Below are positions 52,766-64,000 of a stretch of DNA of 64,000 bases, in pieces. Every line of letters starts with the position of its first letter. The first letter of the stretch is position 1. The position numbers and the translations under genes were made by a program. This stretch comes from Octopus vulgaris. Its lineage: Eukaryota. Location: positions 71,982,001 through 72,046,000 of the forward strand of contig OX597824.1 of assembly GCA_951406725.2 (NCBI GenBank), read 5' to 3'. Under the pieces are notes generated by a model. That model saw only the letters and a program-made list of their open reading frames with translations. It did no database searches and had not been told where the DNA came from.

Positions 52766-53840
52766 ACATCATCATCATTTAATGTCTGTTTTCCATGTTG
52801 GCATGGGTTGGATGGGTTGACAGGAGCTGGCCAGCTGAAGCACTGCCCAGACTCTATGCCACTTTTGACTTGATTTTTATGACTGGATGCCCTTCCTAAT
52901 GCCAACCACTTTACAGAGTGTACTGGGTGCTTTTATGTAGCACCAGCATGGGTGCATTTATGTGGACTGCTACGAGTGCTTTTTACGTGGCACCAGCACC
53001 CATGAGCCCATAAGGTTAGGAATGCTCAGCTGGAGAGGGAATGCAGGGGACACTCTGTATGCAAGGGCACAGCAAACTATCAAAAGTCTCAGTCACTTGA
53101 CATCCCCTGGTTTAGTGGTTAGGGTGTTGAACTCATGATCATAAGGTTGTGGTTTCGATTCCTGGACCAGGTGATGTGTTGTGTTCTTGACCAGGTGATG
53201 TGTTGTGTTCATTTCACATTGCTTCCAGTCCACTCAGCTGGCAAAAATTAGTAATCCTGCGACGGATCGGCGTCCCATCCAGGTGGGGAATTTCTATGCC
53301 ACTGAAACCGGGAAACCGGCCCTTATGAGCCTGGCATAGCTCAAGAAGGATTTTATCCCCTGAGTCCCAACATCTGTAGATCCTTTCTTACCACTTTGTC
53401 TTGTGTCTTGCTAGGTCTACCCCTTCCATACATTCCCTCTACAATTAGAGATTGGCACCTCTTGATGCAACTATCTTCATTCATATGTACTACATGGCCA
53501 TACCAGTACAGTCTTCTCTCTTGCACACTACATCTGATGCCTCTTATACCCAGTTTTTCTCTCAGATCACTTGCGTGTCATATATGCATACTGCCATTAC
53601 CCATCCAGTGGAACATACTGGCTTCATTTCTTTCAAGCCTTCACATATCCTCAGTAGTCACAGCCCACGTCTCACTGCCATGTAGTATAGCTGTTCATAC
53701 ACAGGTATCATACAACCTACTTTTCTCTATGAGGGAGAGGCCCTTTGTTACAAACAGAGGTAGTTGCTCTCTGAACTTCTTCCAACCTATTCTTATTCTA
53801 GCAGTTATGCTTTCAGAACAAGCACCCCACCTGCTAACTT
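52766..53840 (-). mobile_element. RTE-clade LINE 3' fragment, interrupted by a SINE at 53110-53354
   Basis: GACSESITARIRIGWKKFRE..SRLYDTCV..LHGSETW..WYGHV; (GAT)n tail. Confidence 0.82.
53110..53354 (+). mobile_element. tRNA-derived SINE (D-related) nested in the RTE fragment
   Basis: TSD atcccctg; tail shared with the 52380 copy. Confidence 0.8.
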
Positions 53841-55411
53841 GATACATAAATATACTATATATATATATTATAACTTTTATATTTTTACGCACACACACTC
53901 ACACACACACTCACACACACACACACATGTGCTAGTTCTTTGAGTACATTCTCAAACATTGTTAAGCTCATCATTTTTATGTATGTACAAACACACACAC
54001 ACACACATATACATACACACATGGTGGTTCCTTGAGTACACACACACATATATGTACTGTAATGCTGTAATGTAATTGTCATGTTGTTACACACATGTGC
54101 ACACATCTTCATTGTGTGTGTGTATTTCCAGTTGTTAATAGCATCCTTTATATTGAATATTATATATTAAAATGCTTTTACTGAGAACCATGTGTGTAAC
54201 ACATGGCTGTTTAGACTCCACCCTTCTAAATATCTTAATAACCATGCAAAAAACCATAGCACTCCCCACACACCCTATGTGTGTATTTGTGTGTGTGTGT
54301 GTGTGTTTATCTCTGTAAACACATGCTACATATGTACTTATCTCTGTAAAATCATGCACAGAAACATAAATACAGATGTGTGTGTGTATGTGTAAACCAA
54401 ATTTGTTTGTTGTTGTTTTACCCTAAGTCAGCCTTGATCACTGAAATCTGTCATCAAAGGTATTCCAGCAATGACCACTTTGCGTTATTTTCAAGTACTA
54501 TAGTATTCAAGATGTTCTCCCCACTCCAAGTCATTTTTTTTAAGGTTGCTGGGTGGCATTTAATGAAAATTTAGTTGGTGCATTTAGTTGGTTGAGTTTG
54601 CACAACACTTTTTACTACAAAAGTAACCTCAAAAACGAGGTTGAGTTGCACAATTTTGAAGTCTTTAGCTAAAGGTGGCAACTCTGCCAGAACAATCTTC
54701 AAATACATTGAGTTTTTCCAGGGAATGAAACTTCGAAGATATACCGTCAACTTTATTAGTATTATTTAGTAGATAATCTTTTAATGTGAAGTATGTTTGC
54801 CAGTGTTTTGTTTAGCCTAGAGTTGACCCTTCACAGTTTTCTTTTTTATCTTCCTGAAATACTGTAAATCTATGTCTTTCGTTTGATGAAAGGGTGTGTT
54901 TTAAGAGAGATTTGGCTGCTGTTTGTAGTAGCTCAAGTTACCACAGAGACACTGTGTGTGTGTGTGTGTGTTTGTGTTTGTTGTGGTGAAAAACTTTTTC
55001 TCAGAATATTTTACACAATAATTTTTTTAAGAAATCTGAACATCTTTCTTACTGTTAACCACTTAACTTCAAATTACAATTGTTAATTGTTGGAAGTACC
55101 TATAGTGTTATCTTATAGAGTGGAAGTTCAATATGAAGTTTTGAACTCATTATCTTGTGTTTAGTAATCCATTTCCTTAAATTTGAAGCCATTGTCTTTA
55201 AACATTATTTTACTGGGCTTAATCTTTTGACTGCTGCCATGATGGGTCTTGCCTTCAAAAATTTAATTGTTCATACTGACTTCAGTATGTATTTCAATCT
55301 GGCAGTTATCATCTCTGCTTGATGAACTACTAACTTTGGACATAGTGGGACACAATACTCAATTTAACAACAAATGTAAACATACATAAACACACACACA
55401 CACATATATTA

Positions 55412-55553
55412 GGTGCAAGAATGACTGTGTGGTTAAGAAGTTTGTTTCCCAACCACATGGTTCCAAATTCAGTCCTTCTGCATGGTACCTTGGGCAAGTG
55501 TTTTCTACTATAGCCCTAGGCCAATCACAGACTTCTGACTGATGGAAACTGCA
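55412..55553 (+). mobile_element. SINE family A 5' half
   Basis: ccaaccacatggttcc..ggtaccttgggcaagtg. Confidence 0.8.
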
Positions 55554-55589
55554 GTTTTGTTCATCAGAAAATTACTGAAATACATGTCT

Positions 55590-55798
55590 ATAAAGAAATT
55601 GTTTCCTTCATACTCCTCATTTGCCAATTCTGCCCATAAGGAACAGATACAATTTGGCTGTAGGTCATAGCACCTGGGCTATGCCGGGGTGCATTGCTTG
55701 CTTTGCTCGAAATGTACGTCTTTCTTTCCCTGAGCATCTGCTAAAACTTTGCATGTACCACATCCTTGCATTGTTGTTTTTTCTTCACTTTTTTGGAT

Positions 55799-55837
<39 letters not shown>

Positions 55838-56135
55838 ATTATTATATAGAAGGAGCTTCTACAGGACTAGAACTGTTTCATTCAAGAGAAATCTTCAGGA
55901 AGCTAGTTAACAAGAATTGTATTGGCATTTATACATTTAGGCAGGTTTATAGGGGTGGTGGTGGGGGACTTTTTGGGGGTAGGCATAGCGCAAAAAAATC
56001 ATACTTGGGGGAGTGGTCAAGGAGTCAGTGGTAAATTAGATAGAAGAATAAATAAAAGAATTAAAAAAAAAAAAAAATATATATATATATAGAAGAATAG
56101 AGTTTTAGGTAAATAAGGAAATTCTCACTTATACC
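55590..56135 (-). mobile_element. Penelope-like non-coding fragments flanked by (TA)n
   Basis: Contains an HHR next to a TA junction; no ORF similarity seen. Confidence 0.45.
55854..55904 (-). ncRNA. Type I hammerhead ribozyme
   Basis: AGCUUC CUGAAGA U-UUC-UCUU-GAA-U GAA ACAG-UUCUAGUC-CUGU A GAAGCU: 6-bp stem I, 4-bp stem III, GUA site. Confidence 0.75.
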
Positions 56136-56198
56136 TATACACATGTATACATATATACACACACACATATACATACACACATACATACACACACACCC

Positions 56199-56233
<35 letters not shown>

Positions 56234-56252
56234 TATACGTACATATATCTAC

Positions 56253-56284
<32 letters not shown>

Positions 56285-56960
56285 TCACACATACATGCAT
56301 ATACATATTCACACACATGTATATATACACACACACGACCACACATACACATACACACAAAAAAATATATACATACATACACATACACACATACACACAC
56401 AAATCCACATACACACATGCACACACAACACACAAGTCCCTATATACTCATATATACATATACACATATATGTATATATACATATATACATATATATATA
56501 TACATACATATGTGTACCTATTCATACCTACACATACACACATATATACATACAAATACAAACCCATTCCCTAATTTTAATTTTATTATCTTCATTTATT
56601 ACTTTTGTTATCTTTGACCGCTGGTCACAAGCATCTTGGCTACGACAGCTAGTCCCTTTTATCTTTCTACTTGAGCACAAGCACTCACTCATGCACGCAC
56701 ACTCATTAGCACGCACACTCACTCATTCGTACACTCATACACATACACGCACGCACGCATTATATTCATACATACATACATCTAGATACATACGCGTATA
56801 TACACATACGTACGCGTACCTACAGATTCATGTCTACAATCTTAGAAGACTAGTCTGTACATATACACCAATAAATATATATACACACATACATATACAC
56901 CTACATACAAATACATACATACATATATATACACATATATATACATACACATACACACAC

Positions 56961-57004
<44 letters not shown>

Positions 57005-57136
57005 ATATCCGCATACATACATACATACATACACCCATACATACATACATATATACACACATACACACACCCACACGTATACATATACATACATATACGC
57101 GCATGCATACACATACAAATACATACACATATACAT

Positions 57137-57185
<49 letters not shown>

Positions 57186-57799
57186 CATACATACATATAC
57201 ATATATACACACACACATGCATACACATATACACATACACGCACATACACATATACATGCGTACCCATACACACACACACACACGCGCATCCATATATAC
57301 ACATAAGTACACACATGCGTAAAAGTATACATATATCTATGCTTACACATACACACACACACACGCCACTCCTTATGTTCATACTTACATGCATACTCAA
57401 AAATAAGTAATAAAATATATATACGTGCAGTTATTCATACATGCATACTCAAAAAATAAATAATAAATAATAAATATTAAGTATATATACGTGCAGTTAC
57501 CTATTATACAGACGGATACATACATATAAACTTACACACACACATATATATATATATATATACACATACTTACACATATGTACATATACATACACACATA
57601 CATAACTCTACGTACCTACATATACCTAAACACACGAGCGTACACGTATATGTACATATACACATACACATACACACACATATATACATACATACATATA
57701 CATACACGCATATATACACATACATATATATATATACCTATATATATATACATATACACACATACACACATATATACATACATCTACATACATACACAT

Positions 57800-57860
<61 letters not shown>

Positions 57861-58358
57861 TATATATACATATACACATACATACATACATACACATACA
57901 TATACATATACACACATACACACACACATACATATATACACACACACACATACATATACATACACACATACATACACATATATATATATATATATATACA
58001 CATACATGTGTGCAAACATACATACATACTCATACACACTCACACACTTACATATACATATATACACACATACATATACACACATACACATATGCACACA
58101 TACACACACATATTCACATATATATACACACATATATATATATACATATATACACACACATATATATACATATATACACACACATATATATACATATACA
58201 TACACACACACATATATATATACCCACACCTACACATACACACATATATACATACATATACACACATACACACACACACACATATATGTACATACATACA
58301 CATACATATACATATACATATACATATACACATGCACATACGTATAACTCTACCTACC

Positions 58359-58395
<37 letters not shown>
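56135..58395. repeat. Very long compound (TA)n/(CA)n/(CATA)n low-complexity block with short unique islands
   Basis: Direct reading. Confidence 0.9.
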
Positions 58396-58398
<3 letters not shown>

Positions 58399-58530
58399 AT
58401 CCAAAAAAGTGAAGAAATATATAAATTAAAAATAAAAATTATTTGAGGGAATATTATTCCTAACTTACAGGGAAAAATTCAGTTTAGAAATACTAAATCA
58501 AATTTCACAAAATATAATATATATATAAAA

Positions 58531-58832
58531 ATTAGAAAAAAACACCTTTCATCAATTCAAAATGAACAATTAAATTACACCATCTAGAAAATTACATATA
58601 ATAGAAATATTAAAATTAAAATAACAATAATATACCAGTGATTAAGTAAATGCAAAATAATAATATAGCCCTTGGCCAATCACAAACCAAATATATGTTT
58701 TTATTATTATTTTGCATTTATTTAATCATTGGTATATTATTATTTTATTTTTAATATTTCTATTATATGTAATTTTCTAGATGGTGTAATTTAATTGTTC
58801 ATTTTGAATTGATAAAAGGTGTTTTTTTTCTA

Positions 58833-58834
<2 letters not shown>
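58531..58834. repeat. AT-rich palindrome, arms ~135 bp, spacer ~35 bp
   Basis: 58531-58665 is the reverse complement of 58701-58834; flanked by (TA)n. Confidence 0.88.
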
Positions 58835-58890
<56 letters not shown>

Positions 58891-59061
58891 ATTGGTATCT
58901 TGGATGAAATAACATAATGGTTAATCAATGCTTAGAACTCCATGTAAACCCATGTATATCCCAATTCTGATGAAGCGTTAAACATAATTTGTCCTCTGAT
59001 TTTCTATTGGTTCATTCACCAGCCAGCCAGCCAGCCAGCCTACCATCCATTTATAGTTTAA

Positions 59062-59268
59062 CACTTGAGCATATCTGGTCCAAAATTTTCTACTTGTTTT
59101 ATGTTGAAACTGGTCAGATCTGGCTTCTCACGCCTACCTAAGAATGTCATTGTAAAATAAACAATCATAGCATTGGAATCTCAAAACTACAAGATAATGC
59201 ATGATTAATTCAAATCTAGGTGAATATATAAACTTTACATTTGAATGCTTAATGTGAATGCTAAAGGG
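59062..59268. mobile_element. piggyBac-like MITE
   Basis: TTAA flanks; inverted relative to the 50283 copy. Confidence 0.75.
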
Positions 59269-59782
59269 TTAATACATATATGCATGGCATCTGAGGTCAT
59301 TGTCTTCTGTTATAGCCATGGGTCAGCCAAAGCCTTATGAGTGCATTTGGCAGATGGAAACTAAAAGAAGCCCATAGTGTGTGTCCCTTTCTCTCGATAT
59401 CATGTGATGATTGTTGTAAAAGGCATCTGTACTGGTTCCACGTAAAAGGCACCTGTGCTGGTGCCATGTTAAAAGCACCCAGTCAAAGGTGCATGCACTG
59501 TGCCTTGGGAAAGGACAGAATGGCTTTGACTGGACTGTCTTTGATCATAGGTCTCTTTGATCAGAGTTGACTAAGGGCTAAGCAATAACAACAATGTAAA
59601 GATGAGAAGCTTCTTGATGGTTGTGAACCAACAAGCCAAATTCTACTTGAGAAAAGTACCAGCCAAATTTTGCTTAAATTCCACCCAGCAACCTTTAAAA
59701 AAAAAGGAAACATTTCAATACTGTAGTACTTGAAAATAAGACTGGAATACTTTTGATCATAGGTTTCATTATCTAAGTAAAG

Positions 59783-59930
59783 TGGTTGGCATTAGGAAGG
59801 GCATCCAACCATTGAAACCTTGCCAAAACAGGCAATTGGAGCCTGCTGCAGCTCTCCAGCTTGCCAGCTCCTGTCAAACCATTCAACCCATGTCAGCACG
59901 GTAAATAGATATATGATGTTGATGATGATA
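59783..59930 (+). mobile_element. SINE family C / RTE 3' tail fragment
   Basis: ggttggcattaggaagggcatcc..caacccatg..gatgatgat. Confidence 0.75.
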
Positions 59931-60002
59931 TAAACATCCATTCTTACATGCATGTTTTTATGCTGATGATGATATACACATACGTTCTTTCATGCATGGT
60001 TT

Positions 60003-60122
60003 TATGTTCTGCTTTCAAATTCTACCAAGGTTGACTTCACCTTTAATCTCTCAGGATCAATAAAATAAGTATTAGTTGAGCACTGGAGTCAATGTAATTG
60101 ACTTACCCCAACTTTCCCCCAA
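60003..60122 (+). mobile_element. SINE family B 3' part, CpG-decayed
   Basis: ttcaaattctaccaaggttgact..gagcactggagtcaatgtaattgact. Confidence 0.65.
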
Positions 60123-60135
60123 ATAGCTGTAGAGA

Positions 60136-60185
<50 letters not shown>

Positions 60186-60274
60186 TAAAACAAGCTGGGA
60201 GAAAGAGACGGAACGAAATGAGAATTCGAAAAATCGAAAATTCAAATGAACCCGACGCGAAGCGCTGTCAGACA

Positions 60275-61096
60275 ATAGTGTAATAAATAAAATATATGCA
60301 TACATACAAACATATATGTACGTACCGACATCTACATGTATATATACATGCATATATAAATATATATACGTACAGGACACCACAAGAAGACGTAAAAATC
60401 AACAGAAACGAAAACGGAAAAGCCATTTTGTTACAACAGAAGGACAGAGACGTGGAACAAGACGAAAACGAAAACGGGAAAAACAATTATGTACAGCAGA
60501 AAAACGAAGTACAGGACATGCTGCACAAGGAAAAATCCCCTTCATCAGCTGTCGCTAGCAGACATAGCGTGTTTCGAAGGCAAGACAGAACACGTTTGGT
60601 CATGCTAGGCCTTCCTATGAGAGAATTAAAATAAGATAACCTCGTAGAGGGGTAAAACGAACAAAAAAATGTAACACAAAAAGGGACGTAACAAAGAACT
60701 GCACAATTGCTCGTTTTACCCCTCTATGAGGGTATTTTATTTTAATTCTCTCGTAGGAAGGCCTAGCATGACCAGACGTGTTCTGTCTTGCCTTCGAAAC
60801 ACGCTATGTCTGCTAGCGACAGCTGATGAAGGGGATTTTTCCTTGTGCAGCATGTCCTGTACTTCGTTTTTCTGCTGTACATAATTGTTTTTCCCATTTT
60901 CGTTTTCGTCTTGTTCCACGTCTCTGTCCTTCTGTTGTAACAAAATGGCTTTTCCGTTTTCGTTTCTGTTGATTTTTACGTCTTCTTGTGGTGTCCTGTA
61001 CGTATATATATTTATATATGCATGTATATATACATGTAGATGTCGGTACGTACATATATGTTTGTATGTATGCATATATTTTATTTATTACACTAT
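60275..61096. mobile_element. 822-bp palindromic element (386-bp arms, 50-bp spacer)
   Basis: 60275-60660 is the reverse complement of 60711-61096 with about 6 mismatches; CpG-rich; microsatellite flanks. Confidence 0.92.
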
Positions 61097-61715
61097 ATAT
61101 ATGTGTGTGTGTGTGTGTGTGCACATGTGTGTGTGTGTGCACATGTGTGTGTGTGTGCACATGTGTGTGTGTGTGCACATGTGTGTGTGCACGTGTGTGT
61201 GTGTATATATATATATATATATGCACAGGTGTATATATATATGTATAAAAGGATGATAAATGTTATTCCTAATTGAACACTAATTTGAGATCTAAAAAGA
61301 AAAAAAAAACAAAAGTGTGATTGATATGGAATAAATCTCTGATGTATCACTTGTAGATTTCGTCAGTTTTTGTACATTTTTTTCACACAGTCTGTCGTGC
61401 TATCAGAACAACATTTAGTTGATGTACATACACACACCCACATATAGCTATATTTGTGTTCATTACACACATGCTTTACATGAGTTAGAACATAATACAC
61501 ACTTACACATATGTAGTCTTTTTTTTTCTGTCACTAATCCTGTATCTGTGCATGTGTGTACCGGACAGCTGTTGGACCAGCCCAGTTTATAAACAAATAA
61601 GTTAAATATCGTCAAATACCTTACATAGTTGTTGTGATATGTTTATGATGTATTAATTTATCCATTTAGAGTAAAGTAATGCATATGCATGCATACAGAT
61701 GCAAATAGAATTTAC

Positions 61716-61762
<47 letters not shown>

Positions 61763-61875
61763 GACTGAAACTAGTTAAAGATATAAATAAGTATGTATGT
61801 ATATATATTTATGTATGTATGTATATGTGTATGTATGTATATATATATGTATATATATATATGTGTGTGTGTGTG

Positions 61876-61907
<32 letters not shown>

Positions 61908-62099
61908 CTCCGTGCCGGTGGCACGTAAAAAGCACCCACTACACTCTTTGAGTGGTTGGCATTAGGAAGGGCATCCAGCTGTAGAAACTCTGCCAAATCA
62001 AGATTGGAGCCTGGTGCAGCCATCTGGTTCGCCAGCCCTCAGTCAAAATCGTCCAACCCATGCTAGCATGGAAAGTGGACGTTAAACGATGATGATGAT
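61908..62099 (+). mobile_element. SINE family C with RTE-type tail, young
   Basis: gtgccggtggcacgtaaaaagcac..ggaagggcatccagc..ggacgttaaacgatgatgatg. Confidence 0.8.
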
Positions 62100-62109
62100 A
62101 TTTTCTTTC

Positions 62110-62315
62110 TTTTATCTTTTACTTTTTTCAGTCATTTGACTGCAGCCATGCTGGAGCACCGCCTTTAGTCGAGCAAATCGACCCTGGGACATATTCTTTG
62201 TAAGCCCAGTACTTATTCTATCAGTCTCTTTTTGCTGAACCGCTAAGTGACGGGGACGTAAACACACCAGCATCGGTTGTCAAGCAATGCTAGGGGGACA
62301 AACACAGACACACAA

Positions 62316-62404
<89 letters not shown>

Positions 62405-62566
62405 TACGACAGGCTTCTTTCAGTTTCCGTCTACCAAATCCACTCACAAGGCATTGGTCGGCCTGGGGTTATAGCAGAAGACACTTGCCCAAGATGCCAT
62501 GCAGTGGGACTGAACCCGGAACCATGTGGTTGGTTAGCAAGCTACTTACCACACAGCCACTCCTGC
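62110..62566 (-). mobile_element. SINE family A, full length, young
   Basis: Reverse complement of the 5657 copy. Confidence 0.92.
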
Positions 62567-62911
62567 GTCTATGTGTGTATATATACACACATACATAACA
62601 TTTTACAAGCAACAATAGCTTGTGACACCAGTATATACTGCATATATGTAGGAAGCATTTACTATATGACACACACACATACACACACACACACATGCAT
62701 CGTCATCATTATCATTTTCTTGCATCTGTTTCATCATGTTAGTATGAGTTATAAGGGTCTCAGTGTTTCATCACACATGGTCCTTTATCATGAGGCTCAT
62801 GCATTAAAACTGAAAACCTTTTTTTTTTCCTTGTATGTCATAATTTTGACATGGCTTATTTTTTTTACACAGCTGGCTAACTTTCCTATCATCAACTGCT
62901 TTACAGTTTAA

Positions 62912-63125
62912 CCCTTTCCTTACCAACCCGGCTGAAACTGCCTCTGAGTACAAATGTCTTGTTTTCATAAGTTTTGAATTAAGATCTTCCACCAAACCTT
63001 AGTCACAATTTATGTTCCTAATACTAGCTTAATGATAACTAAGTTATTTTACTAAATTCTTTGTTATATTTAAAGTAATTGAAAGAAACACAGAGCATCT
63101 CAAAATAAATTCGGTAATGAAAGGG
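62912..63125. mobile_element. piggyBac-like MITE (second family)
   Basis: TTAA-ccctttccttacc ... ggtaatgaaaggg-TTCA. Confidence 0.75.
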
Positions 63126-63276
63126 TTCAGTGAGGTGCATTTTTATCATTCTGCTGACATGAGAGAAAATTTCTGAAGCCAAATAGCCCCTTATTTCAGA
63201 GGTTATGCTTTGCAATCCAAGAATAGGAACAAGCTGCACAATTTCTAATTAACAAAAGAGATAGAAAATATCTCAA

Positions 63277-63497
63277 CCCTTTAGTCTCTAAACCAGCTAT
63301 ATTGGACCAAAATATTTGTATCTGTTTTATGTTTAAACTTGCCAGATTCAGCCTCTCACATCAACCCTATAAAGTCATTCTAAAAATAAACAATCACATC
63401 ACCAAAATCTCAGACCTACAAAATAATGCAGGATTAATTCAATACAATGTGAATAAATAAGCATTACTTAAGATAGAATAATGTGAAGGCTAAAGTG
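63277..63497. mobile_element. piggyBac-like MITE
   Basis: Homologous to 59062; TCAA / TTAA flanks. Confidence 0.72.
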
Positions 63498-63809
63498 TTA
63501 AACCACTAAGAGGCAATCAAAAGAAAAGAGAAAAAAGAAAAAGAAAAAAATCTGTAGCTACCCAAAATTGTCATTAAAGTGACAATTTCTAATATGGCAT
63601 GATGTTGCTGCTAAGACAGTATACAATGTCAAGTGTAGGAAAGACTTTGCTGAGAGGCCTTTCCTAAAGGGAATATAATTCAACTCAAAGAATATTCTCA
63701 TTAAAAGTTTTTTAATAATAAAAGGCTTCATATAGTTGTTTGGGACTGAAAAAAGAATTATGTTCAGTTTTAGTGATCGGCTGCCCTTATGATTATCATT
63801 TAATTTTAC

Positions 63810-63975
63810 TCTTTTTCAGTCATTGTACTGTGGCCATGCTGGAGTACTACCTTCAAGGTTTTAGCTGAATAAATCAAACATAGTACTTATAAGTCTGGTA
63901 CTTTTTCTGTCGATTTCTTTTGCAAAACTGTAAAGCAACACAGAAATAAACAAACCAACAGTGGTTGTCCAGCTG
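63810..63975 (-). mobile_element. SINE family A 3' part, old
   Basis: ttcagtcatt..actgtggccatgctggag tail. Confidence 0.7.
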
Positions 63976-64000
63976 TGTGAAAGGAGTGGACAAATACAGA

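Noticed and set aside
60296-61075. Mirror 112-aa ORF pair
   Set aside because: A consequence of the palindrome; starts in low-complexity DNA and has no recognisable domain
63130-63246. Possible minus-strand exon after a pyrimidine-rich acceptor
   Set aside because: No donor before a MITE interrupts it and no recognisable protein

Overview
AT-rich animal genomic DNA dense in microsatellites and transposons. The SINE families, TTAGGG arrays and repeat load suggest an octopus (coleoid cephalopod); this is an inference. Almost all long ORFs in the track are microsatellite artefacts. Real content: one probable first coding exon (35971-36090, start of a calponin-homology domain like LIMCH1/LMO7); four SINE families; LINE remnants (two RTE types, a CR1/L2-like 3' end, an R4/Dong-like fragment); five decayed mariners; Tc1, hAT, piggyBac-like and Helitron non-autonomous elements; and two foldback MITEs with a telomeric core. 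The most interesting signal is a set of short non-coding elements joined to (TA)n/(CA)n tracts that carry hammerhead ribozyme (HHR) folds. These are canonical at 29185-29266(+), 29046-29127(-) and 55854-55904(-), have a shared non-canonical CUGUNGA core at 9.5, 9.7 and 12.3 kb, and are permuted HHR-like at 60.5-60.8 kb. Several form long near-perfect palindromes, and some come with short locally copied insertions. They look like Penelope-like/retrozyme-type retroelements. CpG content drops after about 46-47 kb. All alignments and folds were done by eye.
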